From Pocillopora damicornis (lineage: Eukaryota): 64,000 nt of DNA. The notes beneath the pieces were generated by a model. The model searched no databases and was not told the origin of the DNA. It worked only from the letters and a program-made list of their open reading frames with translations. The DNA lies in assembly GCF_003704095.1 (NCBI RefSeq), contig NW_020845755.1:248001-312000 (forward strand), given 5' to 3'. Positions 1-13,700 of this stretch are shown one piece after another. A program made the translations under genes and the position numbers. The first letter of the stretch is position 1. Every line of letters starts with the position of its first letter.

Positions 1-517
1 AAGTACCTGCCAGTTCTCATTTTGCAACATGAAAGTACTGTCGAACTGAAGAACGTTCAAGTTACTGAGGTGAACAGTTGAGAGCAGATTGCTAGAGATT
101 AAATAGATTTCATAGAGAACTTAGGCAGCAAACCTGTGAAAAGATTCATTGCACTGAAATTACACGTACCCTAATTTAGGTGAACACTTTCTCAAACCGA
201 TACATTTTGTGATTAGCAAACAATACCTTTGGCTGTTTATGGTTAATTTGTGTTTTGGACCATATTACCTCACTGACTATTTTCACATGTTATGTACTGA
301 TAAACACTCTTCAAGTCTCAAGGGTAAGATTATACAGGAAATGTCTGGAATGGAAAATGAAAACAATCAAGTTGGTTGATATGAGATTGTAATGGTTACA
401 GTTATGAGGAGTGAACTATTTAATTAAAAACTAAACAACTTCGTTGGTTTCTGACCAGAATTTAGCTCAGAAAAGCCACACAAGAATTTTGAAAGGTTAA
501 ATTCATCGATTTATTAA

Positions 518-716
518 CCCTTTACCCCCTAACATCAGTATCCATATTCTCCATACTATTCACTATACATTTCCCAAGGTGTTGACAAAGAGAATTTGTT
601 TGATAAGCAAGAGCTGCTTTGGTTGGTGATCCTCTATTCTCATTACCTTAATGTTTGATTCAAAGTTGTTATTGTAAGAAGAAATTGGATGCTAGTCACT
701 CTATGGGGTTAAAGGG
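518..716. mobile_element. piggyBac-type MITE (CMITE-like), about 200 bp, TTAA target-site duplication
   Basis: TTAA(514-517)-CCCTTTACCCCC...GGGGTTAAAGGG-TTAA(717-720). Imperfect terminal inverted repeats starting CCCTTT, no ORF, same layout as 27139-27342. Confidence 0.8.
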
Positions 717-3333
717 TTAAAGGAGTTTTATTGCTACATTTAGTGTCCAATTCTTTTAACCTATTGACATCTGATGCGCCCTCATGGGCCTGGAAACAAA
801 ACCCCTCTGAAATTTCAATGTGCCCACATGCACCCTGTCAGAAATGGCTTGTTTTGATTGGTTGTAGCTAAGAAACAAAACTCTCCTGGGTATTGGAAAG
901 AAGTGGAACATGAAATGCAAGACATAAGCTTTCATTTGAGACCAAACTCACTATTCCACATTCACTGTGCAATTTTTCACAAATTTTTCTTGGTCTTGGA
1001 CATGGCTTCTGGAAGAATTGATGAAAGTCAATTTGGCAAAATCTCTGCACACCCCCATACTTCATTATGCATCCATACATGGGGCTTTTTTATTCAGTGT
1101 ATCATTATTAAGATGTGCTTACATAAGGAAATATGGGGCTGTGCGGAAATTTTTCTGAAAATGCAAAAAAAACATCGCTGTACATCATGAAGTTGAGTCA
1201 GTTCTCTAGCTTTAGAATTTTTTTGAGAGAGCCTGATGCTCATGTTGAAAATAAAATTTGACAGAGAGAAAGTATATTATTTTACATGCAACTTTGTGAA
1301 GTTTCCCTTCAGTAGAGTAAATTGAAGACATTAAAATCTTAAATTATTTTGCCAGTGGTCTGTGTGTTCACTGTGGCAGCCATTTTCTCTGGAATTTCAA
1401 AACATGGAGCTGAGTCAAAGCTATTATGCCATCTTCCAATGTGCACAATGTACAACCATTTCCTGGACTTCATGTAGCTTTTTTCATTGTTTGAAAGTGA
1501 AATTTCAGAACAAGTGAGTTGGCAGGTAGCTACAGAAGAACCAAAGGAACATTTTTAAACATGCCAAGTGACATTATTTTACCATGAGCAGAGATGAAAA
1601 TCTCCAAAGAGAAAACAAAATGAACTGTTAAATTTCTGAAGGTTTTCACACACAGTCAGATTGTAAGCCTACATACATAGTTGAATGATGGTTAGTATTC
1701 AAACATGTGTGATGGTTGAAACTATCGTCAGCTGTCATGACTGTTTGAATGGGGCTTTATGAAAAATGATAAAAAGCCATGTACTAACTCTTGCTCTAAC
1801 CAAACAGTAAGCATAAGAACACAGTCTTCCTCGCTTTCTACAGGAAATGCAGCTTGCTTTTAATAAAACTTAAGACACTAAGTGTTCAATGGCTGTTTTT
1901 GATTCTCTCTTTTTGTTTAAGCCTTGGTGAGCACGTTTATGCCCTATGAATTTAAAACCTTTGTAAAAAAGTTCAGAATGTGATTTATCTGTGTTATTAA
2001 CACATGTGCAATTTTGATTTTAAAGTTTGATATCCAACTAGCATTGAGAGGAAAATATTTGATAATTTTAGTTCAGCATAAAGTTGCTTGAAAATTAAGT
2101 AGCTGACAATGTACTTCTATGCATAATGAATGTATGTAGAACATGCAAAACAAGCATAAAAAGGAAACTGTGAGTGAAAGAATGAATCTAACAAACTAAG
2201 ACTGCAGATGTGAAAAATAAAAAATGGTGAATACTCTAGTACTAAATTAAAAGTGACTATTATTTTCCATGGAATTTATTTATTTGTTCTGTAAATTTGA
2301 CTAGGAATTTGTAATTGTATTACACTCCTCAACCAACTGAAATAATTTTCATTTTGTTTGGAATTGCATTTATAAAATGCTAGAGTAAGCTTTGTGACAT
2401 TACTTTGCACTGAAATTTTAGCAGCTGGGTTGCGTACATATATTAACTATTTTTTCATTTGGCTTGGTTCACTGAATGTATTCGTTGATTTTTTGAATAT
2501 GTCATTGATTCATTGAATATATCAGTAATTACTGGTTCACAGAGTTTATTTATTATATGGACGTGAGTGTCTTATTAAGATTTAAAACACATATAGAATC
2601 AATATGACCATTACATCAGGGAACTGAATGATGTATTTTCCTATGTAACTTGAGTGACAATTATAGTTTTAAAGGAATTTCTCAAAAGTTGGGATGAGAT
2701 AAGGTGAATTTGTTCTGTTCGCGCTGAATAGCCTTCAAAGGTTTGTAGTGAAAAGAGCTTAAATAAAAGTATCTGTTGATTCAAGTCAGAGTCAGTAATC
2801 AAATTTTTATTATTTTAAGCTTATATTTTTGTCTAACTGATGGTGTTACATGTAAACCTTTGTATAATTTGGGCAGAGAGTCTTTTGTTTCTTTTAAAAC
2901 TTAGTATTTGTATACAGCCTGCTTTTCAATCCCTATTAGGTATATTTAACCACTATTGTTACTTTACTATCCATTTAATGAAAAGGAAATGACACCCTAA
3001 CTCAAAGATATGAATTTTATGTTCTTGTGGCACAAATAATATCTCACTCAGGACTGAGATATCATACATTGATTGACCAATTAAAAGTCTAATAATGCTT
3101 GGTTCTCTGTAAATTACATGGCCTAACATATCTTTTAATGTGCTTGCCATCTCTCTCTTTCTTGGGTAAGGTAGATTTTGTCTTAGACTTGGAAGGGATA
3201 AACAATGTGTATTATTGATGAAGCTCAGCTCCAAAATTTAGAGTATAAGCAAGTTGGCCCCTTTTCTTTAAATGCCCCCAAGCATCTTGTTTGTACAAGT
3301 ATGGTATGACTCTAATGGGCTAACTTTTACTAG

Positions 3334-4701
3334 GATTTTATGACAAATGGACATGTGGCTCCAAAAGAAGATGGTCACGCAGACTGGAACGTCTCAAATA
3401 TAATTGAGAGTAATGGTACTACAACGATGGAATTCTCTCGGAAGAAAGATACTGGTGATGCTAATGATGACAATGTCATTGAGGTGGGTTAATTAGTTAG
3501 ATCACTTCCTCTAAAGTTTGGTAGATTGAAAGATACCCCCTATATATAAACAATAGCCTCCATTTGGTGCAAAAATATGTACTGATGTTTGTCTGTGGAC
3601 ATTATTAGTTCCAGGATGCGAACACTTTTCAGAAAACAAAGCTCAAGGAAAACTGTGAACTTTGAGGAGCAGATAATGTCTAAGGACAAATATACAAGCA
3701 TATTTTCATGGTGGAGGCTATTGTGTTTATTATCCCTCAAATATTTTTACAATGTGCAGGAAACATGTTAAAAAGAGAAACTAGGAAAACTATTGATAGA
3801 AAACTAAGTATGGGTAATTGAACAGGGCCAAGAAAAATTAAGGATTAATATCAAGGGTGTTTTGAGAAGTTGTATATCTGCATTAATTTTGTAATGACAT
3901 CACCCTGTATTGCATTTGGAATAAAATCTGCTTTGGACCTTTGACATTTTTCTCCTTTCATGGAGGTTATTAAGTTGACTGTTGGGCTGAAACCCCCTGG
4001 CCATAAGGGGAAAGAGGTATTTGTGGATTTGATATATATGTAGATTTCCTTATGAAGTTAACTTTGTCAGTGTGAAGTCTATGCTTTTAAGGTTAGTCAA
4101 TCACACCTGATAAGATTTATCATTCACATGTCTATTGAGTCAAAGTATTTTTCAACCTTGGAAATATAAGAGCTTCTCAAGCACAGGATTAAATTTATTT
4201 ATCATTGCTTTCTTCAAACATATTGGTTTGTCTTCTACTGAATCTTGCAGCATCGTGCAATTCTTTTCAACTCTAGGAAAAGATAGAGCTTAGGTATTCA
4301 GTTAAAGTCTGGATAGGCTGGGTACAAAGGGACTTACAAAACCCAAAGGATTCAATACCTATACCTCAGTTTTAGATGACATTACAAGTTTGTTATCATG
4401 GACAGTATCTTACTCATTGTTGTTACGTAATATTGACCTGAAGTTCATTGTTTTTCAGCCTGGTCTGAGAAGGATGGTGTGTGCTTACCATGATACTGTT
4501 GATTATAACATATCTATGAGCAAGTTTACAAAACACACATGGAATGGCTATGAAGATATTGAATTTATTGAGAAACCAAAGGAAAAAGCTGTGCTTGCCT
4601 ATCGTGCAACCGAACCACCAACCACTGGGGCCAGTACACTAGCTGTGTCTATTGTGGGCCACTTGTTACTTATTGTTATTGCAGTCATTTTCTTCTACTA
4701 G
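3334..4701 (+). CDS. DOMON-domain protein, last two coding exons, with C-terminal hydrophobic (TM or GPI-signal) tail
   Basis: Exons 3334-3483 (tag|DFMTNGHVAPKEDGHADWNVSNIIESNGTTTMEFSRKKDTGDANDDNVIE|gt) and 4459-4701 (cag|PGLRRMVCAYHD...TKH...LLLIVIAVIFFY*). The E-x-NG-x-T-x-x-x-FSR-x-x-x-TGD-x-x-D pattern is typical of DOMON domains. Upstream exons were not identified in the window. Confidence 0.75.
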
Positions 4702-5948
4702 ATCATGATGATGAATCGTCTCCTTTTGCTTCTTGCCTATGTTGTTGTAGCATCAGGCATTAAAGAAGAAAGATCTCGGGATCTATGTTCATCTGATGCC
4801 CTTAAAGATTGGAATGATAGAGAGAAAGAGAAACCCTTCACTGGTGCACATAATCATTTTAAATTACAATCATGTACAAATAATCTGTTAAGATTAAAAA
4901 TTCCTGATTTTGCTAACATGTTAATATATCTTAAACCTCTTTAGACAATTTTGGAATTGAGGTAGGTCAACTTCTGAAAGACATGTTGACTATTAACATG
5001 TAGCGCACATGGTGGTATAAAGCCATAACTGCCTTTGACACCACAAGTCTGGTGCATTTGTGAACATTGAGGGGTGATTATTTAAACTGAATTTAGCCAT
5101 CATCTAATGTAACTGCATTCTAAGCCATTTTTTCAATTTAGCCAAACCTTTTATCAGAACATCTAGTTTAGTGAATAGTGTCAAGAGGGCCAAAAGCTAA
5201 GGAGAACATTTATTTCATTATTAAATAATAATTAAACCACAGTTTGAGTTTGATCTCGAGTAAATAATTGGCCTTAAGTTTGAGTTTAGATGAAAAAATA
5301 TACTTTATAGTGTATTTTGAAGGTAGATATCTTATGCTATAAACCACATATTTATTTGGGACACATGTTGTCCTATAGTTAGGCAGGTGTCCACTGATAG
5401 CTTTGACCATTAAAGACATGTGCTTGTCTAAGTTGAGATGAATAATTCCTAAGCATCTTTTTGTATTGATCAGTCCACCAGACAAAATTTGTTCCAAGGA
5501 AAAGCCTTCTCCAGAAACCATTTAGTTTTTATTTCAACCATTTGAATTATTAATGCAAGTCATGGTTTGATATTCTATAAAGTAACCCTAATGTTCATCG
5601 CATGACCTTGAAGCAGCTGCTGTGTCCCAGGTTATCAAAGAAAATTATTCTTTTATGCCAGAGTACCTTTACAGCTCCAAATTGCTGCGATAGACTTCCA
5701 ACAGCAGGGAAAACAGGTTTGAACCCTAGTTCAGAGAAAGTTCGTTGACAAATTCAAAAGAAAGCATCCTGCTCTAGTCTTTTTAATTTTTTTATATACT
5801 TTTTTAAGAGTTAGTTACTTGCCTGGTTGTTAGCTCACATAATCAATAGGAGGTTGAGATGTGTAGCCTGAGAATTTGGTCCAATAAAATGCAGTAAGTT
5901 TTCTCCCTCTAGTAGGTTTTATCTGTTGGTGGGTGGGAGGGGCCCTTA

Positions 5949-7291
5949 NNNNNNNNNNNNNNNNNNNNNNNNNNNNNNNNNNNNNNNNNNNNNNNNNNNN
6001 NNNNNNNNNNNNNNNNNNNNNNNNNNNNNNNNNNNNNNNNNNNNNNNNCGGCGCACATCCCCGCCCCTTATGTATAGGGATTCCACGGGGGTGCAGATAC
6101 GTGCAGCACACTTGAAATTTAGCAAGGACGAATTCTGATGTGATTTTCGGTGAAGAGAAAAAAGTTTCGACAGCGTCTTGTAGCTAGTACGTAAGGGCCC
6201 CTTACCTCTGTGCTTAATTACGCGTCCCACCAGACGNNNNNNNNNNNNNNNNNNNNNNNNNNNNNNNNNNNNNNNNNNNNNNNNNNNNNNNNNNNNNNNN
6301 NNNNNNNNNNNNNNNNNNNNNNNNNNNNNNNNNNNNNNNNNNNNNNNNNNNNNNNNNNNNNNNNNNNNNNNNNNNNNNNNNNNNNNNNNNNNNNNNNNNN
6401 NNNNNNNNNNNNNNNNNNNNNNNNNNNNNNNNNNNNNNNNNNNNNNNNNNNNNNNNNNNNNNNNNNNNNNNNNNNNNNNNNNNNNNNNNNNNNNNNNNNN
6501 NNNNNNNNNNNNNNNNNNNNNNNNNNNNNNNNNNNNNNNNNNNNNNNNNNNNNNNNNNNNNNNNNNNNNNNNNNNNNNNNNNNNNNNNNNNNNNNNNNNN
6601 NNNNNNNNNNNNNNNNNNNNNNNNNNNNNNNNNGGCACTCTATATCTACTAATGGAACCACGACTCCACCCAACACCGATACCGAGATTTGATCTACGAA
6701 TGGGGCAAATTGTAAAATCATCGATATCTTTTGGCGTCTCGAAGATGCCGGCTCNNNNNNNNNNNNNNNNNNNNNNNNNNNNNNNNNNNNNNNNNNNNNN
6801 NNNNNNNNNNNNNNNNNNNNNNNNNNNNNNNNNNNNNNNNNNNNNNNNNNNNNNNNNNNNNNNNNNNNNNNNNNNNNNNNNNNNNNNNNNNNNNNNNNNN
6901 NNNNNNNNNNNNNNNNNNNNNNNNNNNNNNNNNNNNNNNNNNNNNNNNNNNNNNNNNNNNNNNNNNNNNNNNNNNNNNNNNNNNNNNNNNNNNNNNNNNN
7001 NNNNNNNNNNNNNNNNNNNNNNNNNNNNNNNNNNNNNNNNNNNNNNNNNNNNNNNNNAAATGTCTTTTTTACAACTACGCAAGGGAACGACCTGAGAGAT
7101 GCAAAGTCGGTCTTCTCGATAACTATACCCAAAAGTCACACCAGCGAACGATTTATATGAACAGCAAATCTCCTTGTTAGCATGTAAGATANNNNNNNNN
7201 NNNNNNNNNNNNNNNNNNNNNNNNNNNNNNNNNNNNNNNNNNNNNNNNNNNNNNNNNNNNNNNNNNNNNNNNNNNNNNNNNNNNNNNNNNN
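5949..7291. other. Assembly gaps (four N runs) with short repeat-like islands between them
   Basis: N runs at about 5949-6048, 6237-6633, 6755-7057 and 7192-7291. Confidence 0.95.
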
Positions 7292-7782
7292 CCTTAAATA
7301 AGCAAAATGGAAAATAATTTGCATAAATTCTGGTAAACTGCCATGTTTTCAGGGGCAATGTTCAAAAGCTTAATGCTTGAATGTTTAAGCACAATATATC
7401 TGACTCTAAACATGGTCATAGTTTGTCCAAAACACAGGTAAATGGGCCTAAAAAAAGAGAGCAACAGTATATTGTCTGATTTTGCCATATAAGAGCTTTC
7501 CCACAGAGAACTTTTTGACAAATTACTGTAATAAAAATTAACAAGACTCCACAAAAATTATCATGTCTAATTTATTTGACCACAATACACTTAAATGATT
7601 GACTGAAAAAAGTTAAGTGAATTGTCCCTAATGCTTATCACAACGAGAACTCAAAACAACAATCTAAAAAGATAAAATAACATCAACGGCTAATTTGGGC
7701 TGAACAGCGACTGAACTTGAAGCAAGAGCTAACAACCACAATATTAATGAGAATACTTTTTGTAAAGCAACCCAGTCCTTAA

Positions 7783-10700
7783 TTAACTTGAGTATAGTCG
7801 TCTTCCAGGACTGCCACTAGGGCGTGGTGATAGTGAGCGGCCACGTTGAGCCAATGGAGAGCGCGAGTGGCGTCCTCTGGTGGCAGGTGAGTGTGACCTC
7901 CTTGGCGAACGTGACCTAGACCTACTGTTGAGAAACAAACACCTTGCTCAGTATAGCCTATAGTTCTGGGCCCAGCTGTTCAAAGGCCGATTAGCTCTAA
8001 CCCTGGGTTAAATTTTAATCCAGCTTTCTTTATTTCTTTGTTCGAAAGTCTCTTTGAGAAAATTTTCACTATTCTTTTAGAACATCCAATGATCAAATTG
8101 CAAGCAAAAGATTTGAACTGAATTTTCTCTTAAAATTTTCAGACCTGAAATTAAATTTCACACTAACCCTGGGTTACCTTAACCCAGCTTTGAACAACTG
8201 GGGCCTGAAGTTAAAGTGGGGGAGTAATGGACTTAATTTTCTAAAAGAAAGGACACAGTTTGAGTAACCATTTTGATAACAATGTGTTAGAACAACATGG
8301 TTGAGCATGTTTGTGAGAAAAGTTTAGCACTATCAAGCAAAATTGAGATAGCCAACCTTGTTCGGCGCCGTGGTGAGAGTGAGCGGGATCTTCGTGGTCG
8401 GTTTCTCTATGGTAAACAAATAATGGTAAATTACAAAATCAAGTTGCTCTCAAAGGTTGTTTATGCTCATCCAAAGAGTTGGACAGCCCCAGGACTAAGC
8501 CTTTAATACAGATTTTCCATAATTCAATACTATGACGACAAGGCAACAACAAAAATAAGAAAAATTTCAAGGATTAACCTTCAAAGGTCTCACATGTAGC
8601 AATTCATGTCTCCATATCAAGAGCATAGAACCTCAAAGCAAGCAAATTCCCCAATATAGTTTATAAATAAGCAGGAGTTTATTTACTAACCAATCATGCT
8701 CAGAAGCCTAGATGCACTTTTCCTAATTAAGGAATCAGAGCTACAGGCATTTTGCTTCAATAACACTAATGGCTGCTTTCTAATAAGCTGTGAAGAGGAG
8801 ACCTTTTAGGAAACCCACATAAAGAGAAGGGGAACGTGCACACTTCCAAAATCTCAGCATGGCTAGTTGCGTCACATTTCACATGACATGATCAATTCAA
8901 TGGCAGCAAATCTCTACACCAAAATTGTAAATCACTTCATAATTACCAAAATATGTACCACAGGTTAGCTAGATGATAAAACTTCAAGTCAAGTAAGTAC
9001 TTGCTAAAGATCTTGCCACAGCTCTAGTCTGAAGTTCCATCATTCAAATGTTTAAGGCATTATTCAAAAGTTAAGTAGCATAACTAATATTTAAGACTTG
9101 AACATGAATAGCTTTCAGGATTACTAACATACCTCTGTCAGCCTTATGCGCTTTCCCAGCAACTCAGTACCATCTAAACGTTTCAGTGCCCTTTGCATGT
9201 CATTAAGGCTGGCAAATTCAACAACCCTGAAATATATCAAACAAGTAATTATGTCAATATATGCCACTAATAAACCATTTTACAATATCATGCAATGGGA
9301 TGCATTAAATATGCAACAACATTACACTGAAGAGCAGGGCAAAAATGCTACAAAATGACCAAACAGTCACTGAACTTTGATTGGTTTTAGTCTTTTAGGG
9401 TTGACTTTTTAAGAAAGGAACTTCAATGCACATCATATTTTTTTTTGTTGGGCATAAAGAAGACTTTAAGGGTCTCTTATGTTATCATCTTTAGCCAGTG
9501 CCACCAATAATGCTTAGATAAGGTCAAAGGATTTAATGCAAAACTAGAAGCTAAAGTACAAGAAAATAAAAGAATAGTGGTATAATATATCCCTTATTCC
9601 ATGGTTTAACACACAATATGAGTGGACATCAAATAAAAACTGTCACACAAGTCAGTATTCCTGGACTAGTGCTTTTAAATACACTACAACAAATGATGCT
9701 AACCCCTCTCCTATTCTATCTCTATGGCACTGGGTAAAGGTCACTTCCCCTGCTTGGCGCATGTAATCTTTCAGATCCTGCAAAACAGCAAAGACATTAG
9801 TACAAAGTACAGTGAAGAGTACTTTTCTTTGCCTGTCCAAAGGAGATGACAAGTTTGTTTGATTGACTCTATAAAAAGACATTCATGATAAAATTGGGTA
9901 AAACAAGACTTCCAGCTAAATATGTAAAAAAAAATTAACCTAATAATTTACACTGTAGGTGCTGAGTGTGCAAACTGAAATGCAAGTTACACCTTTCAGT
10001 ACATTAGATGAATTACAAAAAAAAGCATCTTGTGAGTAACACAATACATTTTGACAAGGGCACTCATTTACACTAACAAATTAAATATTTCAAACCTTTG
10101 AGCTGTACAAAAAAATCCCTAAAGAACAGAGATACGAACCTTACCTTTGCAAAACTAACTATTAAGACCAAGAACTTCAAATTAAACCGAGATGATAACC
10201 AAGGCCTTCATGCCATACCAATTCCCATGTCAGCTTGTTAATGAGCCAAAAGGGTTGCCATGAGCAAACAGGGCCACTGAGCAACCAAGCAACCACACCA
10301 CGAATTGAATGATCTACACAATCTTAAGACGGCAAGCCAAGTGTCATATTTTATGCCAGGGCCACTAATTTTCCCCTTTTTACGCACAGACCAGGTCATA
10401 GATCAGGAATTGATTTCTGCCTAAAACCAAGCTCCCATAAAGTACCTTACCACTAAGTACTGTGGCTAAAGATGGAAGAAATGGAAGGAAGGAAGTTACT
10501 GATATGGTACTTAAGCCTACACCAGATTCAGAACTCTAAATAGACTGGACAGTCACTCTGACTGAACTGTGAAAGTTACCATACTTTCGTTTTTAAAACA
10601 ACACTCTTGCATGCTTGTTGGCGAAGACCAAGTATTTATCAGGCTATAGATCACGCTGATGATGCAGTAGCAAGCCACATTGGTATGGGCTACTACCTGT

Positions 10701-13700
10701 TGTAATTTGGCATTACTCTGGCAGTGTATTACATACTTCTGAGTCCAGGAATCAAGCATGAACTTCTACTTAATGATGTATTCAAAAGAAATTGACCAAG
10801 TTTATGAATGTACTGCTTATGAAACTTTGTTCTAACAAACAGTTGCACAAGGAAAAGCTAAAGGTAAAAATACTTGTTCACTTCAAGAATGAGGCCATAA
10901 CTCAATCACAAAATGAATGAGATTTCTATTTGCATTCTTTTTGATCAACTCTTTTTATCATTTTTGTTAACCCATTGGAAAACTTTTAACAATTTGGGAG
11001 GAAGACTTCCATGGCAGAAATTGAAAAAAAGTTTTGTTGACGGATATGCACAATTGGTCCCTGCTAGAAGAGCAACGTGCTTTTTTGAGACAAAACTAGA
11101 TCGCAAGTGCATTCATTGTAAACTCAGGCACTTAAAATAGTAAAATTTAGAAGTCTGACATACTTCACATTAAGAATTTCTTGTGCAAGTCAAATTTGCA
11201 AAATGAAAGGTACTGTATAGGTAAAGCAAAACAAATTGTGAGAACTTTCATCCTTTCATATTAGTGTTTTCACATGCTTTTTACAAATTCTTGAAGCCTT
11301 TATGTGAAACACTTTCTCTCATCATTGCATTTCTGAGCCTAAAAGGCAAGTTGTGAATAAGCCCAAATAACTTTAGCCTAGGCCTCTTCCTTAGCAGGAA
11401 AAACTGTTACAATCCAGGGTACAATTATTATCATTAACTTTATGTCTTTGCTTTAAGTGTTGCTGATGTGACATTTCTTGGAGAAAAACATACATAGTGG
11501 CAGATATGACCAGTTTTGAGACTTCCTTATTTTTCAGCTCAACTCCATCTATATTCACCAGAGTCTGGCCATTGACCTTTGCTTTCTCTGAAGAGGCCAT
11601 TGGGCTTGCAAAAAAAAAAAAAATTGAAAAACCAGGTAGAGTTCACGGACAACTGTTTAAGGAGCTGAGCTGTTTATATTTCCATATGCATATAACGTGA
11701 AGATCGCTGTTCTTTCATAAATTTATTCACCTTCTAGCTTAACCTTTTGTGAGGCCTACAGTAGCTATACAGTTTGTGCAACAGTAATAATAAAATAATG
11801 TTGAACATGAAATTCACAGCACAGCATTTTGGGACAACATCTGTGGATGAGTACGTGACTAGAAAGACATGCAGTAACTATAAATAATTACTTAACAAAG
11901 CACTGGCTGTTTGAGCAAGTCAGTTTTGCCCTTAGGTAAATTCCTTAAGCCATGTTTAGTAGGGTTGAAAAGTAATGAAAAAAACAACAATTTTGTCATT
12001 CATCACCAGTGAATCCTACAAAATTAAACAGGAATACATAAGGAAAAAGGATAAATTTATGAAGGAATAATGAACTTTCAAATGAATGGTAGAGCACACA
12101 AGATGTTACAGGTGATAATAAAATAATGTTCTTTTAGTTTAAGACATAACTGCTGCTTTGATCAGAACTTAAGTTTCACAGCAGCATGAAGTTGGCATTG
12201 CCATGTAACTTGAATCACCATTTAACTTGCATAGGGAAAATGAGTCACTAGAAAAGGTCTTGCTTTTAGTTCTAATTGTTTAATAAATTGTTTCCACAAG
12301 TTTCTACTGTTGTAAACAAACTTGCTAAGTAATTGACAGTCTTGTGTAATCATCTGCATGAGAATAATCCTGAAATGACTGTTGTTGGTGAAAACTAGCA
12401 AAAGTTGACTTCTACTCTAAGGAGGTCATCATCACAGGAAAGTGAACAGCTGTTTGAAGATAGAGTTTTGCCTGTTAGCTGGAAGACCCACAAGGCTCGT
12501 CAGATGTGATTGGTCAGTTTTGTCCGTTGGTAATTAAAATGTAACATCATGTTATCATATTTTGCACCTTCTGAAGTAGGTCTAACAATTTTGCATCTCC
12601 CTGATCTATGTCTAAAGGTTGAGGGTACTTGCATATTTGAAATATTTTCTTTTGCTTTAATTAGTATTAATAGTTCACACCAAGGAAGGCTTTGTAAACC
12701 CTTAATGAAGAGGTACAGTACTATCCTGGATACAAATAATGAGAATCAACCCTGTCTAGTATTTCTCACCTGCCAACTTGCACGTGAGGACAAATTTTCC
12801 ACTGTCAACTTGAATTCAGTGTTATAAGGTGCACCATATCTAAATAAATGTAGAATCTTAAAAATGGGTAGTCATGGACTACAGGTGGCTTCTAAATGAA
12901 ATAAAAATCGAAAATCACCATACAGAACTGGTCCTGCTTACTGGAATTAATAATGGAATATGACTTGGACCACTTACCACTGTGGCTACTCACATAAAGT
13001 AGTGACCATAATAACAACCACACGACTGTGAAAGGCAAAAAGAACACTAACGGTTATCTGTTCGAATGGGGAAACTGTTTGTTATCTGTTTGTCATCCAT
13101 TCGAATGCCTAAAAAAACAGTTCAAAGCATTCTGCAAACCATTCAAACATTTTGCATATCTGTTCGAAAATCATTAGCATCCATTCGAAGTATTATGACA
13201 TCTGTTTGAGCAGTTCTGACACCTGTTCAAATGGTTTCAACATCTGTTTGAATCGTTCACCAACTAGAAGTGTCTGTTTGGAGAACTGCAGCATCCATTC
13301 AAATGGTTTGATGTCTGTTCTGTTCATCCGTTCAGAAGGAGAAAATTAAACTTGTCATTTCTTTACAGATAATCAGTATAGCGGTTGAAACATTGCAATC
13401 CACATCTATGTGACTAAATTGTGAGACGAAAGATTAACTCAGCTGTCATTTTAAACCATGATGATAAAACAACTTTCATGAGATATTCAGTAGTTTCAGA
13501 CAATAACTAAAAACATTATTTCGATGAGAAATTGAAATAGTCTCCATTTTCGATCCTGAGAATAAAGGCCTTGAAATTCACAACAATGGCAAATGAAATG
13601 GAAACAATGCACAGCAACATTGCCCATTCCATGATTAAGCCATGCGCTCAGAATGGTTTCGCAAACTGATTAAGCAATTTATTCATCCAACCAGTCAAAC

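Noticed and set aside
858-1190. 110-aa ORF
   Set aside because: No recognisable motifs or splice support; probably intronic or repeat-derived.
5830-7358. Long ORFs of up to 470 aa in the ORF track
   Set aside because: Artefacts of reading through N runs.
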